DNA of 64,000 nt from the human T2T-CHM13v2.0 reference genome, Homo sapiens, in assembly GCF_009914755.1 (NCBI RefSeq), contig NC_060933.1; one strand, given 5' to 3'. A program made the position numbers and the translations under genes. Shown one piece after another: positions 1 through 12,625 of this stretch. The first letter of the stretch is position 1; the number at the start of each line of letters is the position of its first letter. The notes beneath the pieces are model-generated. The model was not told where the DNA came from and searched no databases. It saw nothing but the letters and a program-made list of their open reading frames with translations.

Positions 1-532
1 TCCAGATGAATCTAAACAATTCAAGGAGAAAGCTTATCTGCAAATAGTAAGATATCAATGTTAGGATAGCTTCAAATTCATCCATTTGTGGAATGCCTAC
101 TATGTTCTATGCAATGAGGTAATTCTTAAGGATACAGACGAAAGAGAGATGTGGTTCATTTCTTGAAAAGTGTTCAAATTCAGTGAGGAAGATGGATATG
201 CAAACAAGTAAAATGCAATATATTTACAATGATAGAAGTTTGTGTAGGGTTATATACACAGGACAGAGGAGATAGGGAAAGGTCAGGGAAATCTTCAGAG
301 AGGTGAAGGCCAACAGGGCTTTGATTGATGAAGAGTGAGGAGCTCTTGGTGAGGATCATATCACATTGAGGGAGGAAAAAGAAAATAGAGGAAAAAATTC
401 AGATTTATCATGCAAGCACAGCCTGACACTGACTCATAACCAGGGAGTAAAAGAAGGATTAGAGAGTTTGGGACAGTATCTATTAGTGGTGCTATAAAAA
501 CAGAATAAACCATGATTTGACTCACAGGCTAA

Positions 533-873
<341 letters not shown>

Positions 874-1204
874 CTCTCTTAGACATAATTTTAAACGGGT
901 AGATACCTAACATCCTGACAATGTGGGAACCTATGGTTTGGAGGCATATGGCCTTATCTGGCATCCAGAATTCCATCTAAAAGGTTACAGAAATGTTCCC
1001 AACCCAAGCCACTTTAGGCAACTGGGATACTGTGGTATGATTTAAGATTAAGTTTATGGCTTCTATTTATTTTTCCAACTAAAATTTCCGGTTGGCTAAA
1101 ACAAAAATCTTATTCTTAATAGACCTCAGCTCGTTTAACGCATGTCAGAGTGCAGGCATCTTCCAGAGCTTAGATCAAAAAAGTTATTTAAAAGTAAACT
1201 AAGA

Positions 1205-1342
1205 TTTTGATAAACGTACCATGGTTATACAGGATGCTAACATTAGGGGAAGTTGGGTGAACAGTACATGGAAACCTTCTATACTATCTTTGCAACTCTT
1301 ATGTAAATCTAAAATTATTTCAAAATAAAAATGTTTTAAAAA
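1205..1342 (+). mobile_element. Old L1M 3'-end fragment
   Basis: ...ctatactatctttgcaactcttatgtaaatctaaaattatttcaaaataaaaatgttttaaaa resembles L1MC/ME 3' termini. Confidence 0.65.
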
Positions 1343-2584
1343 GGTAAACTAAGAAATACTTCTTTGTCCTGGTAATTAAGCAGTTTAGCATCTCCTCCCA
1401 TCAAAAACAGAAAATGAACTTTCTTTAAGAAGAAAAAAGTGAATCAGGAATGAAGTCACATATTTTATTGGCTGATGATTAAACTTCTAATATATTTTCA
1501 GAACCAGTTTAACAAAAGTGCGGTTGCTTTATATACACCTAAGACTGAAACAAAAACAAGTAAACTTTGTGTAGCTCTTGTCTGATTTACATGGTAAACA
1601 TTTCTTGCTCGTACCCACTATTCACCATCCATATTTACAAGTGAGAAAAACGTTACCATCTCAAAGGCCACAGAAATGTTCCCAACCCAAGCCATGGGAG
1701 GGAATCCCACATCATTGAGGCAGGCAGCCCTTATTTTGTCCTGGAGAAGAGAGTCACTGTATTTGAGGATGATGTGTATGTTTTCTAAAGGAGCTTGCCT
1801 TCTGACTCCTTCAGAGTTGGAGCCACAGTGGGTAAACCTCTTCAGGCATTGCCCTGCTTCAAAGCAGACAGAAACGTAAACAGTGGCAGTACACCAGGAT
1901 CGGGTTTCTTTGCTTTAGCTACCAAGAGTCAGGAAAGAGAAACCAGGTATTTATTTAGGTTTGTCATTATTGCTAGGTTTTCTTTTAATGATAAGGGTTT
2001 GAGAAAAGAAGTATCTGTTCAGAAACAAAGTATCACAGAGCCTCAATAGGATTACTTTTTCAACCACCCAGGGCCACGTGTTTTTTAAGTCAAATATAAA
2101 AACAATTTAACCCATTTTGTTCTTTGTAGTCCTTGCCTTCTAACAGGCATCTCCAACTCAGTTATTCTTAAAATATGATGCTAGATGAGACAAATAGTCT
2201 ATTTAAGAGCAGATTCAAATAATCTGTATAGATGAACATCTATGTTTTAATAACAGGGTCGAAAGAATTTCTCTCTCTACAGAGTGATTTCTCTGTCTCA
2301 AATAATTCAGTTTATGAAAGGAGTTAAGGATATGCTTTTTAACACCGGAAAAGGGTACTTAACATGATCAATATCTAGGATACAGCCAGCTAAAGCAGAT
2401 TGACGTTACAAAATAAAATAAAGCCTTCTCCCTTTGAAGTCCGCTAAAGGAACAGCTTTCATGACTCAGAAAGATATCCTAGAGATCAAAAAAGCTCTGG
2501 AGAAAGAAAAAGAACTAGAAGACCTGGCTTCAAAATTTACCTCTAGTACTTCCCAGTTATGCGTTAGCTGCTATATTAATTAAT

Positions 2585-2750
2585 TGCTTTATATAAATCA
2601 TGTCATTTAATCTTCTCCACAATTCTATGAGTTGAAAGTTAATAACTACGTTTTCTGGATAAAAAACCTGAAGTTCAGAGAAGTTGAACAGCAACTCAGA
2701 AAAAACAGCTAGTGAGAGTGAAGTGAGGATCCAATTCTACCACCTGGATT
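2585..2750 (-). mobile_element. MIR fragment
   Basis: tcatttaatcttctccacaattctatgag...aaacctgaagttcagagaagttgaa MIR core. Confidence 0.6.
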
Positions 2751-2993
2751 GCTGTTAGGGTATTGTACATGAGTGTAAGGAAAGTATCCTACTACTAAGA
2801 TTTTGACTTCCCAACCTCTGAGTTTGTCCTTTGAAAAAGCCCTGCAATGGTGTTCTTATTTACCAAATGGTCAGAGATTTTCTCAAGATATTGACTATAA
2901 GGAAAATGATAAACAACTTAATGAAATGGCACTATGAAAATAAAATAATCTAGGAACAAATATTATTTTATTTTCATAGTGCCATTTCATTAA

Positions 2994-3474
2994 ATTGCAG
3001 CACTATTCACAATAGCAAAGACTTGGAACCAACCTAAAAGCCCATCAATGATAGACTGGATAAAGAAAATGTGGTACATATATGCCATGGAATACTATGC
3101 AGCCATAAAAAGGAAAGAGATCATGCCCTTTGAAGGGACATAGATGGAGCTGGAAGCCATTATCCTCAGCAAACTAACACAGGAACACAAAACCAAACAC
3201 CACATGTTGTCACTTATAAGTGGGAGCTGAACGATGAGAACACATGGACACATGGGGGGAACAATACACACTGGGGCCTGTTGGAGGCTGGGAGTGGGAG
3301 GAAGGAGAGCTTCAGGAAGAGTAGCTAACGGATGCTAGGCTTATTACCTAAGTGATGGGCTGATCTGTGCAGCAAACCACCGTGGCACACGTTTACCTAT
3401 GTAACAAACCTGCACATCCTGCACTTGTACCCCTGAACTTAAAATAGAAGTTGGGGGAAAAAAAAGAAAAAAGA
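2994..3474 (+). mobile_element. 5'-truncated L1PA 3' end with A-rich tail
   Basis: ttgcagcactattcacaatagcaaagacttggaacc...aaacctgcacatcctgcacttgtacccctgaacttaaaa; candidate TSD aaatatta (2958-2965 / 3475-3482). Confidence 0.92.
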
Positions 3475-3479
3475 AAATA

Positions 3480-3540
3480 TTAGCTTGGTGCAAAAGAAAT
3501 AATGGCAAAAACTGCAATTACTTTTTTTGCACTAACCTAA
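3480..3540. mobile_element. MADE1 (Hsmar1-derived MITE), internally deleted
   Basis: ttagcttggtgcaaaag...ttttgcactaacctaa inverted ends flanked by TA. Confidence 0.8.
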
Positions 3541-5207
3541 TAAAGTGATCTTCAGAAAACAGTCTACTTTTTTAAAAGGCAAAAAACAGAGTGGTTTATA
3601 TAATTGGAATAATTTTTACATCTCTTTTTGATACACACTTCTTATTTTCTAAAATTTTCACAAATCATCTTAAACATTAATGCTGTCACCAAATAAATTC
3701 TCACAAAGTAATAGAAAGCTCAGGAAATTAATATTTGAGAAGTAAATTTAGAGGCAAGGATAACTTAAACTGAGAAGCATTTATAATTTTCCATTTTGAG
3801 AAATACTCTGTAGCATTTATAAACATTATATTTTAATTTTCTATTTCAATAAATTAATATTGTACCAGAATACCAAACTGCATTTGGAATCATAGGCAAC
3901 TGTTATGTTTGTCCTTTCTTGATATTTGAAAAAAATGACCTTCCTTTTGAATGCTGCCCTCATAATTTAAAATTGGCCTTCTCCTTCACAGGGGACATTC
4001 ACGATAAACTCTCAATAGGCTTTAATTTGGAGAATTTTAGTTTTGCCTTAGCAGCTTTTCTTATATCTTCTCTTAATTCTATAAGTTTAGGCTTTATATG
4101 TTTTGAAATTATATTGTTAAGTGCATACACATTAATTATTGTTGTAATTCCTCCTCTGCAGATTGCATTTTTAACCTTTGGATGATGTTCCTCTTCATCC
4201 CTTTTTTATAATACCTTTTAGCATAATTCTGTATTGTTTGATATTAATATCATTACCACATTTTTCCTTTGTTTTGTGTTTTCCTGTGCTCTTTGTTTGG
4301 TATTCTTCTATCCCTTTCTTCCAACCTCCCCACAATCTTGTAAGCAGAATATAGATAAATACTTTTGTAATTCAATCCAAAAGACTTTATTTTTAGTAGA
4401 TAAGTGTAGGTCTTTGTATTTATTCTGAAAATTTATTTCTATTATTCTTTAGACGATTTCTATCATGTATTATGCTGTTTCTTTTCTCTGCTTCTTTTTT
4501 TAATTCCTTTTCTGTTTTCTGGTAGATCATTATATATTTTTTTAATTCTCCACTTTAACCCACACCACAACCACTTTGCTGATTTTGAAATTGTGGATCA
4601 CAATGTTATATTTCAGTGATTACTTTTACATTTTAATATACATATATGATGCTATAATTCTAACAGTTTAAGATCATGTAGGATCTTCTCCAGTCTCTTT
4701 AACTAAAGCAAGCATCTTATCATTCTTTAAAATCTTATCTAACAGCACCTTCCCTCATCCTCTGTCACTTTCCTTGGCATTATCCAAAATTTTATTTATC
4801 TTAAAACACTGAATTATTTTATGGTCCATAAATAGTTCTATCAATATATGCCACCAATTGCTGTGTTCATCATTCAATTTTCATGTGCCTTTTTTCTTCT
4901 GTTTCCAATTTCTTATTTCTGAAACATATTATTCATTAGTTCATTCAATTAGATCTGTGAGCAGATATCTTTGTCTTTGTCTTTGTATGTTTGAAAATGC
5001 CACTATTTTACCCTGATCATTCAGGTGAACATTGAAATCTAAGTTGACAGATATTTTCCCTCAGTGTTGTCCTATGTCTTCTTACATCAATTGATGAGAA
5101 GTGTTCTGTCATTGTAACTATAATTCTTTGGTAGGTAACAGAGTTCTTCTATCTGGTCTTTTTACCTTTGATTACCAGTACTTTTACCATAATTTGTCAT
5201 AGGATCT

Positions 5208-5732
5208 GTATTAGTTATCTGTTTCTCTGTAACGAATTACACAGAAACTCAATGTTTTAAAACAATAAACGATTATCACTTCATAGTTTCTATAACTCAG
5301 GAAGTACAGAGTGACTTTCCCAGGCCAATGTATGGATTATGTTTGCAGTAAAGATGTTGGCCACTTCTGCAGTCATCTGAAAGCTTGAATGGGCTGAAGG
5401 ATCTAATTCAAATGTGGTTGACTCATAAGTTGGTATAAATTGATGCTGGCCAGTGCAGAGCCTCCCTTTGTCCCCATGTGGGTCTCTCCTCAGGCTGCTT
5501 GAGTGTCCCCACACTATGGTGCCTTCCTTCCCTAAGAGTAGATGATCTAATAGAGAACAAGGAGGAGTTAGTAATGTTTTTCATGGTCTAGCTTCAAAAG
5601 CCACACACAGTCACTTCTGCCACATCCTATTTGTTAGAAGTGAGTCTAAGTCCAGCCTACTTCCAAGGAGAGCAGAGGAACTATACTCTACTTTTCCAAG
5701 GGAGAATTTGTGGACAGGTTTTAAAACTACAA
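5208..5732 (-). mobile_element. MLT1-type MaLR solo LTR
   Basis: tgtattagttatctg...taaaacaataaacgattatc...cacttctgccacatcctatttgttagaag...ttttaaaactaca. Confidence 0.65.
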
Positions 5733-8700
5733 TAGTGTCAATGCAAAATGCACCAGAAAGTCTCAGTAACAGAATCACACAAGCAGAAGAAAGAACTTCA
5801 GAGCTTGAAGACAAGGCTTGAACTAACCAAATCCATCAAAGACAAAGAAAAAATAATTTTTAAAAATGGACAAAGCCTCCAAGAAGTTTAGGACTATGTT
5901 AAAAGTCAAAACCTAAGAATAGTTGGAAGGAAGAAGAGAAAGAAGATAAATCTAAAAGTCTGGAAAACATATTTGAGGAAATAATCAAGGAAAACTTCCC
6001 TGGCCTCGCTAGAGATCTAGACATCCGAATACAAGAAGCTCAAAGAACACCTGGGAAATTCATTGCAAAAAAATCATTGCCTAGACACATAGTTTTCAGG
6101 TTATCTAGAATCAAGACAAAGAAAAGAATCTTGAGAGCTGTGAGGCAAAAGCATCAGGCATCTTATAAAGGAAAATCTATCAGAGTAACAGCAGATTTCT
6201 CAGCAGAAACCCTACAAGCTAGAAGAAATTGGGGTCCTATTTTTAGCCTCCTAAAACAAAGCAATTATCAGCCAAGAATTTTGTATCCAGTAAAACTAAG
6301 CTTCATAAATGAAGGAAAGATACAGTCTTTCCAGACAAATGCTGAATTAGCCACCACAAAGCCAGCACTACAATCTCAAATGAACTCTAAATCTTGAAAC
6401 AGATTCTGGAAATACACCAAAATAGAACCTCTTTAAAGTTTACATCTCACAGGACCTATATAACAGTAACACAATGAAAACAACAACAACAACAACAACA
6501 AGGTATTCAGGCAACAAATAGCACAATGAATAGAATAGTACCTCTCATCTCAATACTAACGTTGAATGTAAATGGCCTAAGTGCTCCACTTAAAAGATAC
6601 AGAATAGCAGAATGGATAAGAATTTCACCAACCAAGTTTCTACTGTCTTCAAGAGACTCACCTAACACATAAGGACTAACATAAACTTAAGGTAAAGGGG
6701 TAGAAAAACATATTCCATACAAACAGACACCAAAAGCGAGCAGGAGTCGCTATTCTTATATCAGACAAAACAAACTATAGAGCAATAGCAGTTAAGAAAG
6801 ACAAAGAGGGAGATTATATAATGATAAAAACACTAGTTCAACAGGAAAATATCACAATCCTAAATATATATACACCTTAACACTGGAGCTCCCAAATTTA
6901 TAAAACAATTATTACTAGACCTTAAAAATAAGATAGATGGCAACACACTAACAGTGAGGGACTTTAATACTACACTGATAGCACTAGACAGATCATCAGG
7001 ACAGAAAGTCAACAAAGAAACAATGGAATTAAACTATACCCTACAACAAATGGACCTAACAGATATTTACAGAACATTCTACCCAACAAATGCAGAATAT
7101 ACATTGTAATCATCAGCACATGGAACATTCTCCAAGACAGACCATATGATAGGCCACAAAACAAGTCTCAGTGAATTTGAGAAAATAGAAATTATATCAA
7201 ATATTCTCTCACACCACAGTGAAATAAAACTGGAAATCAACTCCAAAAGGAACCCTCAAAACCATGAAAATACATGGAAATTAAATGACCTGCTCCTGAA
7301 TGATTGTTGGGTCAACAATGAAGTCAAGATGGAAATTTAAAAATTATTTGGACTGAACGATAATAGTAACAAATAGTGAGACAACCTATCAAAACCTCTG
7401 GGATACAGCAAAAACGGTACTAAGAGGAAAATTCATAGCATTATCTGAAAAAGCACATATAGACAATCCAAGGCCACACCTCCAATTCTCCATGCAATTG
7501 GTGAAACAAGAACAATCTAAACACAAATGCAGAAGAAGAAAAGAAATATAAAAGATGAGAGCAGAACTAAATGAAATTGAAATGGAAAAAAATACAAAAG
7601 ATAAATGAAACAAAAAGCTGGTTCTTTGAAAAGATAAATAAAATCGATAGACCATTAGCTAGATTAACCAAGAAAAGAAGACAGAAAATTCAAATAAGCT
7701 TTATTAGAAATGAAATGGAAGGTATTACAACTGATATCACAGAAATATGAAACATTATTCAAGACTAATATGAACACCTTTATGGACATAAACTAGAAAA
7801 CCTAGAGGAGATGGATAAACTCCTGGAAGTATACAACCCTCCTAGATTAAACCAGGAAGATGTAGAAACTCTGAGCAGACCAATAACAAGCAGAAAGATT
7901 GAAATGGTAATTTTAAAATTGCCAAGAAAAAGCAGTCCAGGACCAGACAGATTCATAGCTGAATTGTATCAGACATTCAAAGAAGAATTGGTACCAATCC
8001 TATTGACACTATTCCACAAGATAGACAAAGAGGGAATCCTCCCTAAATTATTCTATGAAGGCAGTATCACCCTAATACTAAACCAGGAAAGAGCATAACC
8101 AAAAAAGAAAACTACAGACCAATACAACTGATGAACACAGATGCAAAAATTCTCAACAAAGTACTAGTGAACTGAATCCAACAACATACCAAAAATATAA
8201 TCTACCATGATCAAGTGGGTTTCATACCAGGGATGCAGGGATGGTTTAACATATGTAACTCAATAAATGTGATACACCACATAAACAGAATCAAAAACAA
8301 AAATCACGATCATCTCAGTAGACACAGAAAAAGCATTTGACAAAATTAAGCATCCCATTATGATTAAAACCCTCAGCAAAATCAGCATAGAAAAGACATA
8401 CCTTAAGGTAATAAAAGCCATCTATGACAAACCCACAGCCAACGTTATACTGAATGGGGAAAAGTTGAAAGTGTTACCCCTGAGAACTGAAACAAGACAA
8501 GGATGCCCACTTTCACCACTTCTATTCAACATAGTACTGGAAGTCCTAGCCAGAGCAATCAGACAAGAGAAAGAAATAAAGGGCATCCAAATCAGTAAAG
8601 AGGAAGTCAGAATGTCACTGTTTGCTGATGATATAATCTTATACCTAGAAAACCCTAAAGACTCATCCAAAAAACTCTTAGAACTGGTAGATGAATTCAG

Positions 8701-9561
8701 CAAAGTTTCAGGATACAAAATTAATGTACACAAATCAGTAGTTCTCCTATACAGCAACAGTGACCAAGCTGAAAATCAAATCAAGAACTCAACTGCTTTT
8801 ACAATAGCTACAAAAATAAAATAAAATACTTAAGAATATATCTAACCAAGGAGGTGAAAGACCTCTACAAGGAAAACTACAAAATACTGCTGAAAGAAAT
8901 CATAGATGGCACAAAGAAATGGAAACACATCCCGTGCTCATAGATAGGTAGAATCAATATTGTGAAAATGACCATACTGCCTAAAGCAATCTATAATTCA
9001 ATGCAATTCCCATGGAAATACCACCATTACTCTTTACAGAACTAGAAAAAGCAATCCTAAAATTCATATGGAACCTAAAAAGAGCCCACATGGCCAAAGC
9101 AAGACTAAGCAAAAAGAACAAATCTGGATGCATTACCTTACCCAACTTCAAACCATACTACAACGCCACAGACACCAAAACAGCATGGTACTGGTATAAA
9201 AATGGGCACAGAGATCAGTGGAACTGACTTGTGAACCCAGAAATGAAGCCAAATACTTACAGTTAACCGATCTTTGACAAAGCAAACAAAAGTATAAAGT
9301 GGGGAAAGGACACCCTATTCAATAAATGGTGCTGGGATAATTGGCAAGCCACATGTAGAAGAATGAAACTGGATCCTCACCTCTCACCTTTTACAAAAAT
9401 CAACTCAAGATAGATCAAGGACTTAAATTGAAGACCTGGAACCATAAAAATTCTAGAAGATAACATCAGAAAAACTCTTCTAGACATTGGCTTAGGCAAA
9501 GACTTCATAACCAAGAACTAAAAGCAAATGCAACAAAAACAAAGAAAAATAGATGGGACTT

Positions 9562-9860
9562 GGCCGGGTGCATTGGCTCATGCCTGTAATCCCTGCACTT
9601 TGGGAGGCCAAGGCTGGCAGATCACTTAAGGTCAGGAGTTGAAGACCAGCCTGGCCAATATGGTGAAACCCCATCTCTACTAAAAATACAAAAATTAGCT
9701 GGGTGTGGTGGTACGTGCCTGTAGTCTCAGCTGCTCTGGAGGCTGAGGCAGAGGAATCACTTGAAACTGGGAGGTGGAGGTTGCAGTGATCCTAGATAGT
9801 GCAACTGCACTCCAGCCTGGGCAACAGAGCGAGACACCATCATGGGAAGAAAAAAAAAAA
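9562..9860 (+). mobile_element. Alu (Sx/Sz-like) inserted in L1 ORF2
   Basis: ggccgggtgcattggctcatgcc...A tail; TSD ending atgggactt on both sides. Confidence 0.93.
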
Positions 9861-10493
9861 CATGGGACTTAATTAAACTAAAAAGCTTCTGTACAGCAAA
9901 AGAAATAATCAGCAGAGTTAACAGACAACCCCCAGAGTGGGAGAAAATTTTGCAAATAATGGATCTGACCAAGGAGTAATATTCAGAATCTACAAAGAAC
10001 TGAAACAGCAAGAAAAAAAAAATCCCATCAAAAAGTGGGCTAAGGACATGAACAGACAATCTCAAAAGAAGATATACAAATGGCCAACAAGCATGGAAAA
10101 ATGCTCCACATCACTAATTATCAGGGAAATGCAAATCAAAACCACAACGTGATATCACCTTACTCCTGCAAGAATGGCTATAATAAAAAATAATAGATGT
10201 TGGCATGGGATGTGGTGAAAAGGGAACACTTTTATATTGTTGTTGGGAACGTAAACTAGTACAACCACTATGGAAAACAGTGTGGTGATTCTTTAAAGAA
10301 CTAAAAGTAGATCTACCATTTGATCCAGCAATCCCACTACTAGGCATGTACCCAGAGGAAAAGAAGTGATTATACAAAAAAGATACCTGCACATGCATGT
10401 TCATAGCAGCACAATTTGCAATTGCAAAAATATAGAACCAGCCCAAATGCTCATCAATCAACCAGTGGATAAAGAAAATGTGAGACATATAAA

Positions 10494-10544
10494 TACACAC
10501 ACATACATACATATACACACACACCATGGAATACTACTACATAT

Positions 10545-10587
<43 letters not shown>

Positions 10588-10590
10588 TAC
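10494..10590 (+). repeat. (CA)n/(TACA)n microsatellite inside the L1, with duplicated ccatggaatactact
   Basis: Direct reading. Confidence 0.9.
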
Positions 10591-12402
10591 CATGGAATAC
10601 TACTTATCCATAAAAAGGAATGAAATAATGGCATTCACAGCAACCTGGTTGGAATTGGAGATCATTATTCTAAGTGAAGTAACTCAGGAATGGAAAACCA
10701 AACATTGTATGTTTTCATGCATAAGTGGGAGCTAAGATAATGAGGATGCAAAGGCATAAGAACGACACATTAGACTTTGGGGACTCGGGAAAAGAGTGGA
10801 AGGGGGATGAGGGATAAAAGACTATATATTACGTACAGTTTACCCTGCTCAGGTGATGGGTGCACCAAAATCTCAGAAATGAAAAAATTTTAAAAACTAC
10901 AACAATGTCAAATTGTTTGTATTAATCCTCCTATGCAATCCCAGTGCCACTTGAAAGGCAGTCTTCAAGTACTTCTGAAAAATACTCATCCCCAAAACCC
11001 AGGCAAAAAATTTTGATTCAGTAACCTAAATTGTGTGTCCGGCATTTAATTGTTTGTTTGTTTGCTTGCTTAAACTTCATAAGTGATTCAATGAATTTCG
11101 AGTTTTAAAAGCCACCACTTTAACTGATCTGGGGTTTCATGTATTGCTTCAAGCCTAGAAAATCTCCACCACTATGTCTTCAAATATAACCTCTCTGCTC
11201 TTCCTTCTCTTCTCTACTGCTCACACTCCTGTAAGCATATATTAGAGCTCTAAATCTGTTCTTCCCATCTTTTAGTTAATCTTTCACATTTCTGTCCATC
11301 TTTCTCTCTGGCCTCAGGGCTGTATGATGGCTTAAGTGCCATCTTCTGATTCATTAATTCTTCACTTGACCTTGTCCAAGCTTGAGTTTATCATATCTTT
11401 TGTGTCTCTGCTTGTTATTATCAATTTCTAGCATTTCTACTATTATATGTATTTCAATTTTGCCTGTTTGTTTTATAATTTATTTTTATACATATACTAT
11501 TATTTAAGGTTCTTAAACTCCTTTTGAACTTCTTTGTTTTCTTCCAGAGTAAATTAATCCCCCAGTTACTGAATTCATTAAGTTGAAAGTCAATTTATTA
11601 TTGCTTAGCAATTGTTTTCCTAATGTGCTTTGAAATTATGATTTGCCACTGTAAATCTTATCATCATCTCTCTGAAATGATTTATTCCTTTTCCAGTAAT
11701 TTTGGGGGTTGCCCTCTACTTCCTTCATTCATATAAGATATTTCAGGGAGCAATTGTAGGACTCTATTCTGTAATGTTTTGACATTCAATCCAGACCCAG
11801 TCACTAAACCGTCAAAAGCATAACACATGTTCTGACTACGATACTATGACTGCTTTGGTTTCAAGCAGCGAGCCTCCAATCCCCCATCTCATATAGTACA
11901 CTTCTAGAGAAATCAAACTTCAAGCCCCTTTCTCTGTTTATAGAATTGGAACTCAGCAGTGACTACTTATCTGTTGTGTTTTGTCTACTTTCTTATACAC
12001 TGAGATATTCATCTTGTTTTTTAATATGGCTTTGTCTTTTTAGGTAGCAAAAAATTATATCTTCATTATTGCTATGTACTTATATTCTACCTAGATGACT
12101 GAATTGTAATATCATAACACCAACTTGAGTAGTACTCTTTGTGCTATAATTATTATATATCATCATATAAATTCTATCCAGCTGAATATATAAAAATAAA
12201 AATTTATATTATTGTTTGAAAGAGGTCAAAAGTATTGATGTTTAAAAGTGATATTTTTATCCATCTAGAAAACACAAGAGTATCAACTCCAAAGCTACTT
12301 TAACTAATATGATAATTAATCCTATTTACAAATAAAATGCACTTATGTACACATATATTAACAGTTTTCCTATATAGCAGAAATAACGCATTAGAAATTA
12401 AT

Positions 12403-12625
12403 TGAAATAATGGCATTCACAGCAACCTGGTTGGAATTGGAGATCATTATTCTAAGTGAAGTAACTCAGGAATGGAAAACCAAACATTGTATGTTTTCAT
12501 GCATAAGTGGGAGCTAAGATAATGAGGATGCAAAGGCATAAGAATGACACATTAGACTTTGGGGACTCAGGGGAAAAGAGTGGAAGGGGGATGAGGGATA
12601 AAAGACTACATATTACGTACAGTTT
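12403..12625 (+). repeat. Near-identical local copy of L1 segment 10621-10841
   Basis: About 221 bp aligned by eye with 2 substitutions and one 2-nt indel; no tail and no TSD. Confidence 0.93.

Larger units (their letters stand above)
5741..10892 (+). mobile_element. Long degenerate L1PB-type LINE-1 (partial ORF1, fragmented ORF2, 3'UTR), interrupted by an Alu
   Basis: ORF1 remnant 6077-6397 (PRHIVFRLS...ADFSAETLQARR); RT motifs [19 protein letters not shown] and LFADD at 8360-8824; many stops and frameshifts; TSD aaaactacaa(t/c)a(g/a)tgtca at 5723-5740 and 10893-10910. Confidence 0.96.

Noticed and set aside
6077-10735. Many ORFs resembling a reverse transcriptase/endonuclease system
   Set aside because: They are fragments of a dead L1PB with stops and frameshifts, not a novel RT system; the same applies to 46107-48168 and 22582-23219
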